Below are positions 1 to 15,792 of a DNA stretch of 64,000 bases, piece after piece. Source of the stretch: Eledone cirrhosa (Eukaryota); contig OZ024754.1 of NCBI GenBank assembly GCA_964016885.1, positions 25,110,001 through 25,174,000 on the forward strand, in the 5' to 3' direction. How positions within the stretch are numbered: the first letter of the stretch is position 1; every line of letters starts with the position of its first letter. The notes under the pieces are model-generated. The model searched no databases, was not told where the DNA came from, and worked only from the letters and a program-made list of their open reading frames with translations. The translations under genes and the position numbers were made by a program.

Positions 1-544
1 AACCCATACAATCACTAATACTCACAATTCCTAATTAAACCATTTTTCAACTGTGAACAATTTGTCAGCATTTTCTATTCCGTTTACCAATATATATATA
101 TATATATATATATACATACAGTCACACATATATATATATTACGTATCAGTTTAGCGAACATTGATTATAATGCTCGCTTTGTCCATTTGTAAACAAACGG
201 ACAGCCTGGTTATGCCGTACGGTGTTAAGGCAACCACGTCACCTTTTTGTTCAACACCGACACAGGAACGATGTACTAGTTTCAAGCTTGTTAGATATCA
301 TCAGCACCGTATACCCTTCTGCCAGATGGTTGAACGTTCGAAAGTATATACTTTCCTTATGAAAATTAACGGCTGAGCAGACTAATTTGCATATCGAGTG
401 AGTTCAGTCGGCCAGGCGCACCGAAAACGATAAAATGGAATAGAATGAAATGAAATTTCATTTCTCACTCTTAGTACGGCACTTACTTAAACGTAAGTAT
501 GTATGTATACGTAAATACATATATTCATACAGACGTACATTAGC

Positions 545-655
<111 letters not shown>

Positions 656-1611
656 CAGGCACACATATATATATGTACGTATCAGTTTAGCAAACATTTA
701 TTATAATGCTCGCTTTGTCCGTTTGTAAACAAACGGACAGCCTGATTTATGCCGTACGGTGTTAAGCCAACCACGTCACCTTTTTGTTCAACACTGAAAC
801 AGGAACGATGTACTAGTTTCAAGTTTGTTAGCTATCGTCAGCACCGTATACCCTTCTGCCAGATCGTTGAACGTTCGAAAGTATATACTTTCCTTATGAA
901 AATTAACGGCTGAGCAGCCTAATTTGCATATCGAGTGAGTTCAGTCGGCCAGGTGCACCGAAAATGATAAAATGGAACAGAATGAAATGAAATTTCATTT
1001 CTCACTCTTAGTACGGCACTTACTTAAATGTAAGTATGTATGTATACGTACATACATATATGCATACAGACGTACAGTAGCATGTATATATATATATATA
1101 TATATACATAAAGGCACACATATATATATGTACGTATCAGTTTAGCGAACATTTATTATAATGCTCGCTTTGTCCGTTTGTAAACAAACGGACAGCCTGT
1201 TTTATGCCGTACGGTGTTAAGGCAACAACGTCACCTTTATGTTCAACACTGACACAGGAACGATGTACTAGATTCAAGCTTGTTAGCTATCGTCAGCACC
1301 GTATACCCTTCTGCCAGATGGTTGAACGTTCGAAAGTATATACTTTCCTTATGAAAATTAACGGTTGAGCAGCCTAATTTGCATATCGAGTGAGTTCAGT
1401 CGGCCAGGCGCACGGAAAACGATAAAATGGAATAGAATGAAATGAAATGAAATTTCTGACTCTTAGTACGGCACTTACTTAAATGTAAGTATGTATGTAT
1501 ACGTACATACATATATGCATACAGACGTACAGTAGCATGTATATATATATATATATATATATATACATACAGGCACACATATATATATATTACGTATCAG
1601 TTTAGCGAACA

Positions 1612-1701
1612 GTTTAGATGCAGGATATGGCAGCGATAATGAGGGACAGAGACCGCTGGAGAGAACTCGTCCATGGATCTCGGGAATTTTACCCGCCTTA
1701 G
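1612..1701 (+). mobile_element. 90-bp 3' end of an RTE-type LINE captured in satellite units (also at 2305-2394, 5420-5509, 6077-6166, 8647-8736, 9262-9351)
   Basis: Reads [27 protein letters not shown], resembling the M-x-DR-x-x-WR C-terminus of RTE ORFs; followed by (TA)n and a ~45-bp duplication of the flanking unit sequence. Confidence 0.6.
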
Positions 1702-1875
1702 AGATATATATATAGATATATACATACAGGCACACATATATATATGTACGTATCAGTTTAGCGAACATTTATTATAATGCTCGCTTTGTCCGTTTGTAAA
1801 CAAACGGTCAGCCTGATTTATGCCGTACGGTGTTAAGGCAACCACGTCACCTTTTTGTTCAACACTGACACAGGA

Positions 1876-1918
1876 ACGATGTACTAGTTTCAAGCTTGTT
1901 AGCTATCGTCAGCACCGT
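1876..1918 (-). ncRNA. Minimal type I hammerhead ribozyme motif (representative left-arm copy)
   Basis: acgatgtactagtttcaagcttgttagctatcgtcagcaccgt is the reverse complement of the motif. Other copies at ~268, 805, 2569, 3535, 4101, 4585, 5686, 6341, 7288, 8249, 8911, 10003, 10444. Confidence 0.8.
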
Positions 1919-2163
1919 ATACCCTTCTGCCAGATGGTTGAACGTTCGAAAGTATATACTTTCCTTATGAAAATTTACGGTTGAGCAGCTAATTTGCATA
2001 TCGAGTGAGTTCAGTCGGCCAGGCGCACGGAAAACGATAAAATGGAATAGAATGAAATGAAATGAAATTTCTGACTCTTAGTACGGCACTTACTTAAATG
2101 TAAGTATGTATGTATACGTACATACATATATGCATACAGACGTACAGTAGCATGTATATATAT

Positions 2164-2262
<99 letters not shown>

Positions 2263-2845
2263 CAGGCACACATATATATATATTACGTATCAGTTTAGCG
2301 AACAGTTTAGATGCAGGATATGGCAGCGATAATGAGGGACAGAGACCGCTGGAGAGAACTCGTCCATGGATCTCGGGAATTTTACCCGCCTTAGATATAT
2401 ATATATATATATATACATACAGGCACACATATATATATGTACGTATCAGTTTAGCGAACATTTATTATAATGCTCGCTCTGTCCGTTTGTAAACAAACGG
2501 ACAGCCTGATTTATGCCGTACGGTGTTAAGGCAACCACGTCACCTTTTTGTTCAACACTGACACAGGAACGATGTACTAGTTTCAAGCTTGTTAGCTATC
2601 GTCAGCACCGTATACCCTTCTGCCAGATGGTTGAACGTTCGAAAGTATATACTTTCCTTATGAAAATTTTCGGTTGAGCAGCCTAATTTGCATATCGAGT
2701 GAGTTCAGTCGGCCAGGCGCACGGAAAACGATAAAATGGAATAGAATGAAATGAAATGAAATTTCTGACTCTCAGTACGGCACTCACTTAAATGTAAGTA
2801 TGTATGTATACGTACATACATATATGCATACAGACGTACAGTAGC

Positions 2846-2934
<89 letters not shown>

Positions 2935-3810
2935 CATACAGGCACACATATATATATATTACGTATCAGTTTAGCAAACATTTATTATAATGCTCGCTTT
3001 GTCCGTTTGTAAACAAACGGACAGCCTGATTTATGCCGTACGGTGTTAAGCCAACCACGTCACCTTTTTGTTCAACACTGAAAAAGGAAAGATGTACTAG
3101 TTTCAAGTTTGTTAGCTATCGTCAGCACCGTATACCCTTCTGCCAGATCGTTGAACGTTCGAAAGTATATACTTTCCTTATGAAAATTAACGGCTGAGCA
3201 GCCTAATTTGCATATCGAGTGAGTTCAGTCGGCCAGGTGCACCGAAAATGATAAAATGGAACAGAATGAAATGAAATTTCATTTCTCACTCTTAGTACGG
3301 CACTTACTTAAATGTAAGTATGTATGTATACGTACATACATATATGCATACAGACGTACAGTAGCATGTATATATATATACATAAAGGCACACATATATA
3401 TATGTACGTATCAGTTTAGCGAACATTTATTATAATGCTCGCTTTGTCCGTTTGTAAACCAACGGACAGCCTTATTTATTCCGTACGGTGTTAAGGCAAC
3501 AGCGTCACCTTTATGTTCAACACTGACACAGGAACGATGTACTAGTTTCAAGCTTGTTAGCTATCGTCAGCACCGTATACCCTTCTGCCAGATGGTTGAA
3601 CGTTCGAAAGTATATACTTTCCTTATGAAAATTAAAGGTTGAGCAGCCTAATTTGCATATCGAGTGAGTTCAGTCGGCCAGGCGCACCGAAAACGATAAA
3701 ATGGAATAGAATGAAATGAAATGAAATTTTTGACTCTTAGTACGGCACTTACTTAAATGTAAGTATGTATGTATACGTACATAGATATATACATACAGAC
3801 GTACAGTAGC

Positions 3811-3951
<141 letters not shown>

Positions 3952-4377
3952 CAGTCACACATATATATATATTACGTATCAGTTTAGCGAACATTGATTA
4001 TAATGCTCGCTTTGTCCATTTGTAAACAAACGGACAGCCTGGTTATGCCGTACGGTGTTAAGGCAACCACGTCACCTTTTTGTTCAACACCGACACAGGA
4101 ACGATGTACTAGTTTCAAGCTTGTTAGATATCATCAGCACCGTATACCCTTCTGCCAGATGGTTGAACGTTCGAAAGTATATACTTTCCGTATGAAAATT
4201 AACGGCTGAGCAGACTAATTTGCATATCGAGTGAGTTCAGTCGGCCAGGCGCACCGAAAACGATAAAATGGAATAGAATGAAATGAAATGAAATTTCTCA
4301 CTCTTAGTACGGCACTTACTTAAACGTAAGTATGTATGTATACGTAAATACATATATTCATACAGACGTACATTAGC

Positions 4378-4434
<57 letters not shown>

Positions 4435-4860
4435 CAGGCACACATATATATATGTACGTATCAGTTTAGCGAACATTTATTATAATGCTCGCTTTGTCCG
4501 TTTGTAAACAAACGGACTGCCTGATTTATGCCGTACGGTTTTAAGGCAACCACGTCACCTTTTTGTTCAACACTGACACAGGAACGATGTACTAGTTTCA
4601 AGCTTGTTAGCTATCGTCAGCACCGTATACCCTTCTGCCAGATGGTTGAACGTTCGAAAGTATATACTTTCCTTATGAAAATTTACGGTTGAGCAGCCTA
4701 ATTTGCATATCGAGTGAGTTCAGTCGGCCAGGCGCACGGAAAACGATAAAATGGAATAGAATGAAATGAAATGAAATTTCTGACTCTTAGTACGGCACTT
4801 ACTTAAATGTAAGTATGTATGTATACGTACATACATATATGCATACAGACGTACAGTAGC

Positions 4861-4917
<57 letters not shown>

Positions 4918-5961
4918 CATACAGGCACACATATATATATATTACGTATCAGTTTAGCAAACATTTATTATAATGCTCGCTTTGTCCGTTTGTAAACAAA
5001 CGGACAGCCTGATTTATGCCGTACGGTGTTAAGCCAACCACGTCACCTTTTTGTTCAACACTGAAACAGGAACGATGTACTAGTTTCAAGTTTGTTAGCT
5101 ATCGTCAGCACCGTATACCCTTCTGCCAGATCGTTGAACGTTCGAAAGTATATACTTTCCTTATGAAAATTAACGGCTGAGCAGCCTAATTTGCATATCG
5201 AGTGAGTTCAGTCGGCCAGGTGCACCGAAAATGATAAAATGGAACAGAATGAAATGAAATTTCATTTCTCACTCTTAGTACGGCACTTACTTAAATGTAA
5301 GTATGTATGTATACGTACATACATATATGCATACAGACGTACAGTAGCATGTATATATATATATATATATATACATACAGGCACACATATATATATATTA
5401 CGTATCAGTTTAGCGAACAGTTTAGATGCAGAATATGGCAGCGATAATGAGGGACAGAGACCGCTGGAGAGAACTCGTCCATGGATCTCGGGAATTTTAC
5501 CCGCCTTAGATATATATATATATAGATATATACGTACAGGCACACATATATATATGTACGTATCAGTTTAGCGAACATTTATTATAATGCTCGCTTTGTC
5601 CGTTTGTAAACAAACGGACAGCCTGATTTATGCCGTACGGTGTTAAGGCAACCACGTCACCTTTTTGTTCAACACTGACACAGGAACGATGTACTAGTTT
5701 CAAGCTTGTTAGCTATCGTCAGCACCGTATACCCTTCTGCCAGATGGTTGAACGTTCGAAAGTATATACTTTCCTTATGAAAATTTACGGTTGAGCAGCT
5801 AACTTGCATATCGAGTGAGTTCAGTCGGCCAGGCGCACGGAAAACGATAAAATGGAATAGAATGAAATGAAATGAAATTTCTGACTCTTAGTACGGCACT
5901 TACTTAAATGTAAGTATGTATGTATACGTACATACATATATGCATACAGACGTACAGTAGC

Positions 5962-6034
<73 letters not shown>

Positions 6035-6617
6035 CAGGCACACATATATATATATTACGTATCAGTTTAGCGAACAGTTTAGATGCAGGATATGGCAGCG
6101 ATAATGAGGGACAGAGACCGCTGGAGAGAACTCGTCCATGGATCTCGGGAATTTTACCCGCCTTAGATATATATATATATATATATACATACAGGCACAC
6201 ATATATATATGTACGTATCAGTTTAGCGAACATTTATTATAATGCTCGCTTTGTCCGTTTGTAAACAAACGGACAGCCTGATTTATGCCGTACGGTGTTA
6301 AGGCAACCACGTCACCTTTTTGTTCAACACTGACACAGGAACGATGTACTAGTTTCAAGCTTGTTAGCTATCGTCAGCACCGTATACCCTTCTGCCAGAT
6401 GGTTGAACGTTCGAAAGTATATACTTTCCTTATGAAAATTAAAGGTTGAGCAGCCTAGTTTGCATATCGAGTGAGTTCAGTCGGCCAGGCGCACGGAAAA
6501 CGATAAAATGGAATAGAATGAAATGAAATTTCATTTCTGACTCTTAGTACGGCACTTACTTAAATGTAAGTATGTATGTATACGTACATACATATATGCA
6601 TACAGACGTACAGTAGC

Positions 6618-6684
<67 letters not shown>

Positions 6685-7564
6685 CATACAGGCACACATA
6701 TATATATATAACGTATCAGTTTAGCAAACATTTATTATAATGCTCGCTTTGTCCGTTTGTAAACAAACGGACAGCCTGGTTTATGCCGTACGGTGTTAAG
6801 CCAACCACGTCACCTTTTTGTTCAACACTGAAACAGGAACGATGTACTAGTTTCAAGTTTGTTAGCTATCGTCAGCACCGTATACCCTTCTGCCAGATCG
6901 TTGAACGTTCGAAAGTATATACTTTCCTTATGAAAATTAACGGCTGAGCAGCCTAATTTGCATATCGAGTGAGTTCAGTCGGCCAGGTGCACCGAAAATG
7001 ATAAAATGGAACAGAATGAAATGAAATTTCATTTCTCACTCTTAGTACGGCACTTACTTAAATGTAAGTATGTATGTATACGTACATACATATATGCATA
7101 CAGACGTACAGTAGCATGTATATATATATATATACATAAAGGCACACATATATATATGTACGTATCAGTTTAGCGAACATTTATTATAATGCTCGCTTTG
7201 TCCGTTTGTAAACAAACGGACAGCCTTATTTATTTCGTACGGTGTTAAGGCAACAACGTCACCTTTATGTTCAACACTGACACAGGAACGATGTACTAGT
7301 TTCAAGCTTGTTAGCTATCGTCAGCACCGTATACCCTTCTGCCAGATGGTTGAACGTTCGAAAGTATATACTTTCCTTATGAAAATTAAAGGTTGAGCAG
7401 CCTAATTTGCATATCGAGTGAGTTCAGTCGGCCAGGCGCACCGAAAACGATAAAATGGAATAGAATGAAATGAAATGAAATTTCTGACTCTTAGTACGGC
7501 ACTTACTTAAATGTAAGTATGTATGTATACGTACATACATATATGCATACAGACGTACAGTAGC

Positions 7565-7645
<81 letters not shown>

Positions 7646-8525
7646 CATACAGGCACACATATATATATATTACGTATCAGTTTAGCAAACATTTATTATA
7701 ATGCTCGCTTTGTCCGTTTGTAAACAAACGGACAGCGTGATTTATGCCGTACGGTGTTAAGCCAACCACGTCACCTTTTTGTTCAACACTGAAACAGGAA
7801 CGATGTACTAGTTTCAAGTTTGTTAGCTATCGTCAGCACCGTATACCCTTCTGCCAGATCGTTGAACGTTCGAAAGTATATACTTTCCTTATGAAAATTA
7901 ACGGCTGAGCAGCCTAATTTGCATATCGAGTGAGTTCAGTCGGCCAGGTGCACCGAAAATGATAAAATGGAACAGAATGAAATGAAATTTCATTTCTCAC
8001 TCTTAGTACGGCACTTACTTAAATGTAAGTATGTATGTATACGTACATACATATATGCATACAGACGTACAGTAGCATGTATATATATATATATACATAA
8101 AGGCACACATATATATATGTACGTATCAGTTTAGCGAACATTTATTATAATGCTCGCTTTGTCCGTTTGTAAACAAACGGACAGCCTTATTTATTCCGTA
8201 CGGTGTTAAGGCAACAACGTCACCTTTATGTTCAACACTGACACAGGAACGATGTACTAGTTTCAAGCTTGTTAGCTATCGTCAGCACCGTATACCCTTC
8301 TGCCAGATGGTTGAACGTTCGAAAGTATATACTTTCCTTATGAAAATTAAAGGTTGAGCAGCCTAATTTGCATATCGAGTGAGTTCAGTCGGCCAGGCGC
8401 ACCGAAAACGATAAAATGGAATAGAATGAAATGAAATGAAATTTCTGACTCTTAGTACGGCACTTACTTAAATGTAAGTATGTATGTATACGTACATACA
8501 TATATGCATACAGACGTACAGTAGC

Positions 8526-8604
<79 letters not shown>

Positions 8605-9160
8605 CAGGCACACATATATATATATTACGTATCAGTTTAGCGAACAGTTTAGATGCAGGATATGGCAGCGATAATGAGGGACAGAGACCGCTGGAGAGAA
8701 CTCGTCCATGGATCTCGGGAATTTTACCCGCCTTAGATATATATATATATATATATACATACAGGCACACATATATATATGTACGTATCAGTTTAGCGAA
8801 CATTTATTATAATGCTCGCTTTGTCCGTTTGTAAACAAACGGACAGCCTGATTTATGCCGTACGGTGTTAAGGCAACCACGTCACCTTTTTGTTCAACAC
8901 TGACACAGGAACGATGTACTAGTTTCAAGCTTGTTAGCTATCGTCAGCACCGTATACCCTTCTGCCAGATGGTTGAACGTTCGAAAGTATATACTTTCCT
9001 TATGAAAATTAAAGTGAGTTCAGTCGGCCAGGCGCACCGAAAACGATAAAATGGAATAGAATGAAATGAAATGAAATTTCTGACTCTTAGTACGGCACTT
9101 ACTTAAATGTAAGTATGTATGTATACGTACATACATATATGCATACAGACGTACAGTAGC

Positions 9161-9219
<59 letters not shown>

Positions 9220-9801
9220 CAGGCACACATATATATATATTACGTATCAGTTTAGCGAACAGTTTAGATGCAGGATATGGCAGCGATAATGAGGGACAGA
9301 GACCGCTGGAGAGAACTCGTCCATGGATCTCGGGAATTTTACCCGCCTTAGAGATATATATATATATATATACATACAGGCACACATATATATATGTACG
9401 TATCAGTTTAGCGAACATTTATTATAATGCTCGCTTTGTCCGTTTGTAAACAAACGGACAGCCTGATTTGTGCCGTACGGCGTTAAGACAACCACGTCAC
9501 CTTTTTGTTCAACACTGACAGAGGAACGATGTACTAGTTTCAAGCTTGTTCGCTAACGTCAGCACCGTATACCCTTCTGCCAGATGGTTGAACGTTCGAA
9601 AGTATATACTTTCCTTATGAAAATTAACGTCTGAGCAGCCTAATTTGCATATCGAGTGAGTTCAGTCGGCCAGGCGCACCGAAAACGATAGAATGGAATA
9701 GAATGAAATGAAATTTCATTCCTCACTCTTAGTACGGCACTTACTTAAATGTAAGTATGTATGTATACGTAAATACATATATGCATACAACGTACAGTAG
9801 C

Positions 9802-9844
<43 letters not shown>

Positions 9845-10258
9845 CAGGCACACATATATATATGTACGCATCAGTTTAGCGAACATTTATTATAATGCTC
9901 GCTTTGTCCGTTTGTAAACAAACGGACAGCCTGATTTATGCCGTACGGTGTTAAGGCAACCACGTCACCCACTTTTTTTTTTCGTTCAACACTAACAGAG
10001 GAACGATGTACTAGTTTCAAGCTTGTTAGCTATCGTCAGCACCGTATACCATTCTGCCAGATGGTTGAACGTTCGAAAGTACATACTTTCCTTATGAAAA
10101 TTAACGGCTGAGTGAGTTCAGTCGGCCAGGCGCACCGAAAACGATAAAATAGAATTGAATGAAATGAGATTTCATTTCTCACTCTTAGTACAGCACTTAC
10201 TTAAATGTAAGTATGTATGTATACGTACATACATATATGCATACAGACGTACAGTAGC

Positions 10259-10295
<37 letters not shown>

Positions 10296-10543
10296 CAGGC
10301 ACACATATATATGTAAGTATCAGTTTAGCCGAACATTTATTATAATGCTCGCTTTGTCCGTTTGTAAACAAACGGTCAGCCTGATTTATGCCGTACGGTG
10401 TTAAGGCAACCACGTCAACCTTTTGTTCAACAATGACACAAGAACGATGTACTAGTTTCAAGCTTGTTAGCTATCGTCAGCACCGTATATCCTTCTGCCA
10501 GATGGTGTGTCTTTAAACAAACATCCCGTATATATATATACAA

Positions 10544-10698
<155 letters not shown>

Positions 10699-10701
10699 CA
10701 T

Positions 10702-10826
10702 AAGGTGACGTGGTTGCCTTAACACCGTACGGCATAAATCAGGCTGTCTGTTTGTTTGCAAACGGACAAAGCGAGCATTATAATAAATGTTCGCTAAATT
10801 GACACGTACATATATATGTGTGCCTG

Positions 10827-10861
<35 letters not shown>

Positions 10862-12452
10862 GCTACTGTACGTCTGTATACATATATGTATGTACGTATA
10901 CATACATACTTACATTTAAGTAAGTGCCGTAAAAGAGTGAGAAATGAAACTAGTACATCGTTCCTGTGTCAGTGTTGAACAAAAAGGTGACGTGGTTGCC
11001 TTAACACCGTACGGCGGAAATCAGGCTGTCCGTTTGTTTACAAACGAACAAAGCGAACATTATAATAAATGTTCGGTAAACTGATACGTGCATATATATA
11101 TGTGTGCCTGTATGTATATATATATATATATATAAATGCTACTGTATGTCTGTATACATATATGTATGTACGTATACATACATACTTACATTTAAGTAAG
11201 TGCCGTACTAAGAGTGAGAAATAATTCGTTTCATTCTATTCCATTTATCGTTTTCGGTGCGCCTGGCCGACTGAACTCACTCGATATGCAAATTAGGCTG
11301 TTCAGCCGTTAATTTTCATAAGGAAAGTATATACTTTCGAACGTTCAACCATCTGGCAGAAAGGTATACGGTGCTGACTATAGCTAACAAGCTTGAAACT
11401 AGTACATCGTTCTTGTGTCAGTGTTGAACAAAAAGGTGACGTGGTTGCCTGAACACTGTACGGCGTAAATCAGGCTGTCCGTTTGTTTACAAACGAACAA
11501 AGCGAACATTATAATAAATGCTCGGTAAACTGATACGTGCCTATATATATGTGTGCCTGTATGTATATATATATATACATGCTACTGTCCGTCTGTATAC
11601 ATATATGAATGTACGTATACATTCGTACTTACATTTAAGTAAGTGCCGTACTAAGAGTGTGAAATGAAATTTCGTTTCATTCTATTTCATTTATCGTTTT
11701 CGGTGCGCCTGGCCGACTGAACTCACTCGATATGCAAATTAGGCTGCTCAGCCGTTAATTTTCATAAGGAAAGTATATACTTTCGAACGTTCAACCATCT
11801 GGCAGAAAGGTATACGGTGCTGACGATAGCTAACAAGCTTGAAACTAGTACATCGTTCCTGTGTCAGTGTTGAACAAAAAGGTGACGTGGTTGCCTGAAC
11901 ACTGTACGGCGTAAATCAGGCTGTCCGTTTGTTTACAAACGAACAAAGCGAACATTATAATAAATGTTCGGTAAACTGATACGTGCATATATATATATGT
12001 GTGCTTGTATGTATATATATATATGTAAATGCTACTGTACGTCTGTATACATATATGTATGTACGTATACATACATACTTACATTTAAGTAAGTGCCGTA
12101 CTAAGAGTGAGAAATGAAATTTCGTTTCATTCTATTCCATTTATCGTTTTCGGTGCGCCTGGCCGACTGAACTCACTCGATATGCAAATTAGGCTGCTCA
12201 GCCGTTAATTTTCATAAGGAAAGTATATACTTTCGAACGTTCAACCATCTGGCAGAAAGGTATACGGTGCTGACGATAGCTAACAAGCTTGAAACTAGTA
12301 CATCGTTCTTGTGTCAGTGTTGAACAAAAAGGTGACGTCGTTGCCTGAACACTGTACGGCGTAAATCAGGCTGTCCGTTTGTTTACAAACGAACAAAGCG
12401 AACTTTATAATAAATGTTCGGTAAACTGATACGTGCATATATATATGTGTGC

Positions 12453-12524
<72 letters not shown>

Positions 12525-13395
12525 GCTACTGTCCGTCTGTATACATATATGTATGTACGTATTCATACATACTTACATTTAAGTAAGTGCCGTACTAAGA
12601 GTGAGAAATGAAATTTCGTTTCATTCTATTCCATTTATCGTTTTCGGTGCGCCTGGCCGACTGAACTCACTCTATATGCAAATTAGGCTGCTCAGCCGTT
12701 AATTTTCATAAGGAAAGTATATACTTTCGAACGTTCAACCATCTGGCAGAAAGGTATACGGTGCTGACGATAGCTAACAAGCTTGAAACTAGTACATCGT
12801 TCCTGTGTCAGTGTTGAACAAAAAGGTGACGTGGTTGCCTGAACACTGTACGGCGTAAATCAGGCTGTCCATTTGTTTACAAACGAACAAAGCGAACATT
12901 ATAATAAATGTTCGGTAAACTGATACGTGCATATATATATGTGTGCCTGTATGTATATATATAAATGCTACTGTACGTCTGTATACATATATGTATGTAC
13001 GTATACATACATACTTACATTTAAGTAAGTGCCGTACTAAGAGTGAGAAATGAAATTTCGTTTCATTCTATTCCATTTATCGTTTTCGGTGCGCCTGGCC
13101 GACTGAACTCACTCGATATTAAAATTAGGCTGCTCAGCGGTTAATTTTCATAAGGAAAGTATATACTTTCGAACGTTCAACCATCTGGCAGAAAGGTATA
13201 CGGTGCTGACGATAGCTAACAAGCTTGAAACTAGTACATCGTTCCTGCGTCAGTGTTGAACAAAAAGTTGACGTGGTTGCCTGAACACTGTACGGCGTAA
13301 ATAAGGCTCTCCGTTTGTTTACAAACGAACAAAGCGAACATAATAATAAATGATCGGTAAACTGATACGTGCATATATATATGTGTGCCTGTATG

Positions 13396-13446
<51 letters not shown>

Positions 13447-15235
13447 GCCACTGTACGTCTGTATACATATATGTATGTACGTATACATACATACTTACAT
13501 TTAAGCAAGTGCCGTATTAAGAGTGAGAAATGAAATTTCGTTTCATTCTATTCCATTTATCGTTTTCGGTGCGCCTGGCCGACTGAACTCACTCGATATG
13601 CAAATTAGGCTGCTCAGCCGTTAATTTTCATAAGGAAAGTATATACTTTCGAACGTTCAATCATCTGGCAGAAAGGTATACGGTGCTGACGATAGCTAAC
13701 AAGCTTGAAACTAGTACATCGTTCCTGTGTCAGTGTTGAACAAAAAGGCGACGTGGTTCCCTTAACACCGTACGGTGTTAATCAGGCTGTCCGTTTGTTT
13801 ACAAACGAACTAAGCGAACATTATAATAAATGTTCGCTAAACTGATACGTGTATATATATATGTGTGCCTGTATGTATATATATATATATATATAAATTC
13901 TACTGTACGTCTGTATACATATATGTATGTACGTATACATACATACTTACATTTAAGTAAGTGCCGTACTAAGAGTGAGAAATGAAATTTCGTTTCATTC
14001 TATTCCATTTATCGTTTTCGGTGCGCCTGGCCGACTGAACTCACTCGATATGCGAATTAGGCTGTTCAGCCGTTAATTTTCATAAGGAAAGTATATACTT
14101 TCGAACGTTCAACCATCTGGCAGAAAGGTATACGGTACTGACGATAGCTAACAAGCTTGAAACTAGTACATCGTTCCTGTGTCAGTGTTGAACAAAAAGG
14201 TGACGTGGTTGCCTTAACACCGTACGGCGTAAATGAGGCTGTCCGTTTGTTTACAGATGAATAAAGCGAACATTATAATAAATGTTCGGTAAACTGATAC
14301 GTGCATATATATATGTGTGCCTGTATGTATATATATATATATATATATACATGCTACTGTCCGTCTGTATACATATATGTATGTACGTATACATACATAC
14401 TTACATTTAAGTAAGTGCCGTACTAAGAGTGAGAAATGAAATTTCGTTTCATTATATTCCATTTATCGTTTTCAGTGTGCCTGGCCGACTGAACTCACTC
14501 TATATGCAAATTAGGCTGCTCAGCCGTTAATTTTCATAAGGAAAGTATATACTTTCGAACGTTCAACCATCTGGCAGAAACGTATACGGTGCTGACGATA
14601 GCTAACAAGCTTGAAACTAGTACATCGTTCCTGTGTCAGTGTTGAACAAATAGTTGACGTGGTTGCCTGAACACTGTACGGCGTAAATCAGCCTGTCTGT
14701 TTGTTTACAAACGAACAAAGCGAACATTATAATAAATGTTCGGTAAACTGATACGTGCATATATATATGTGTGCCTGTATGTATATATATATATATATAT
14801 ATATATAAATGCTACTGTAAGTCTGTATACATATATGTATGTACGTATACATACATACTTACATTTAAGTAAGTGCCGTACTAAGAGTGAGAAATGAAAT
14901 TTCGTTTCATTCTATTCCATTTATCGTTTTCGGTGCGCCTGGCCGACTGAACTCACTCGACATGCAAATTAGGCTGCTCAGCCGTTAATTTTCATAAGGA
15001 AAGTATATACTTTCGAACGTTCAACCATCTGGCAGAAAGGTATACGGTGCTGACGATAGCTAACAAGCTTGAAACTAGTACATCGTTCCAGTGTCAGTGT
15101 TGAACAAAAAGGTGACGTGGTTGCCTGAACACTGTACGGCGTAAATCAGCCTGTCTGTTTGTTTACAAACGAACAGAGCGAACATTATAATAAATGTTCG
15201 GTAAACTGATACGTGCATAAATATATGTGTGCCTG

Positions 15236-15270
<35 letters not shown>

Positions 15271-15695
15271 GCTACTGTAAGTCTGTATACATATATGTAT
15301 GTACGTATACATACATACTTACATTTAAGTAAGTGCCGTACTAAGTGTGAGAAATGAAATTTCGTTTCATTCTATTCCATTTATCGTTTTCGGTGCGCCT
15401 GGCCGACTGAACTCACTCGACATGCAAATTAGGCTGCTCAGCCGTTAATTTTCATAAGGAAAGTATATACTTTCGAACGTTCAACCATCTGGCAGAAAGG
15501 TATACGGTGCTGACGATAGCTAACAAGCTTGAAACTAGTACATCGTTCCTGTGTCAGTGTTGAACAAAAAGGTGACGTGGTTGCCTGAACACTGTACGGC
15601 GTAAATCAGGCAGTCCGTTTGTTTACAAACGAACAAAGCGAACATTATAATAAATGTTCGTTAAACTGATACGTGCATATATATATGTGTGCCTG

Positions 15696-15792
<97 letters not shown>

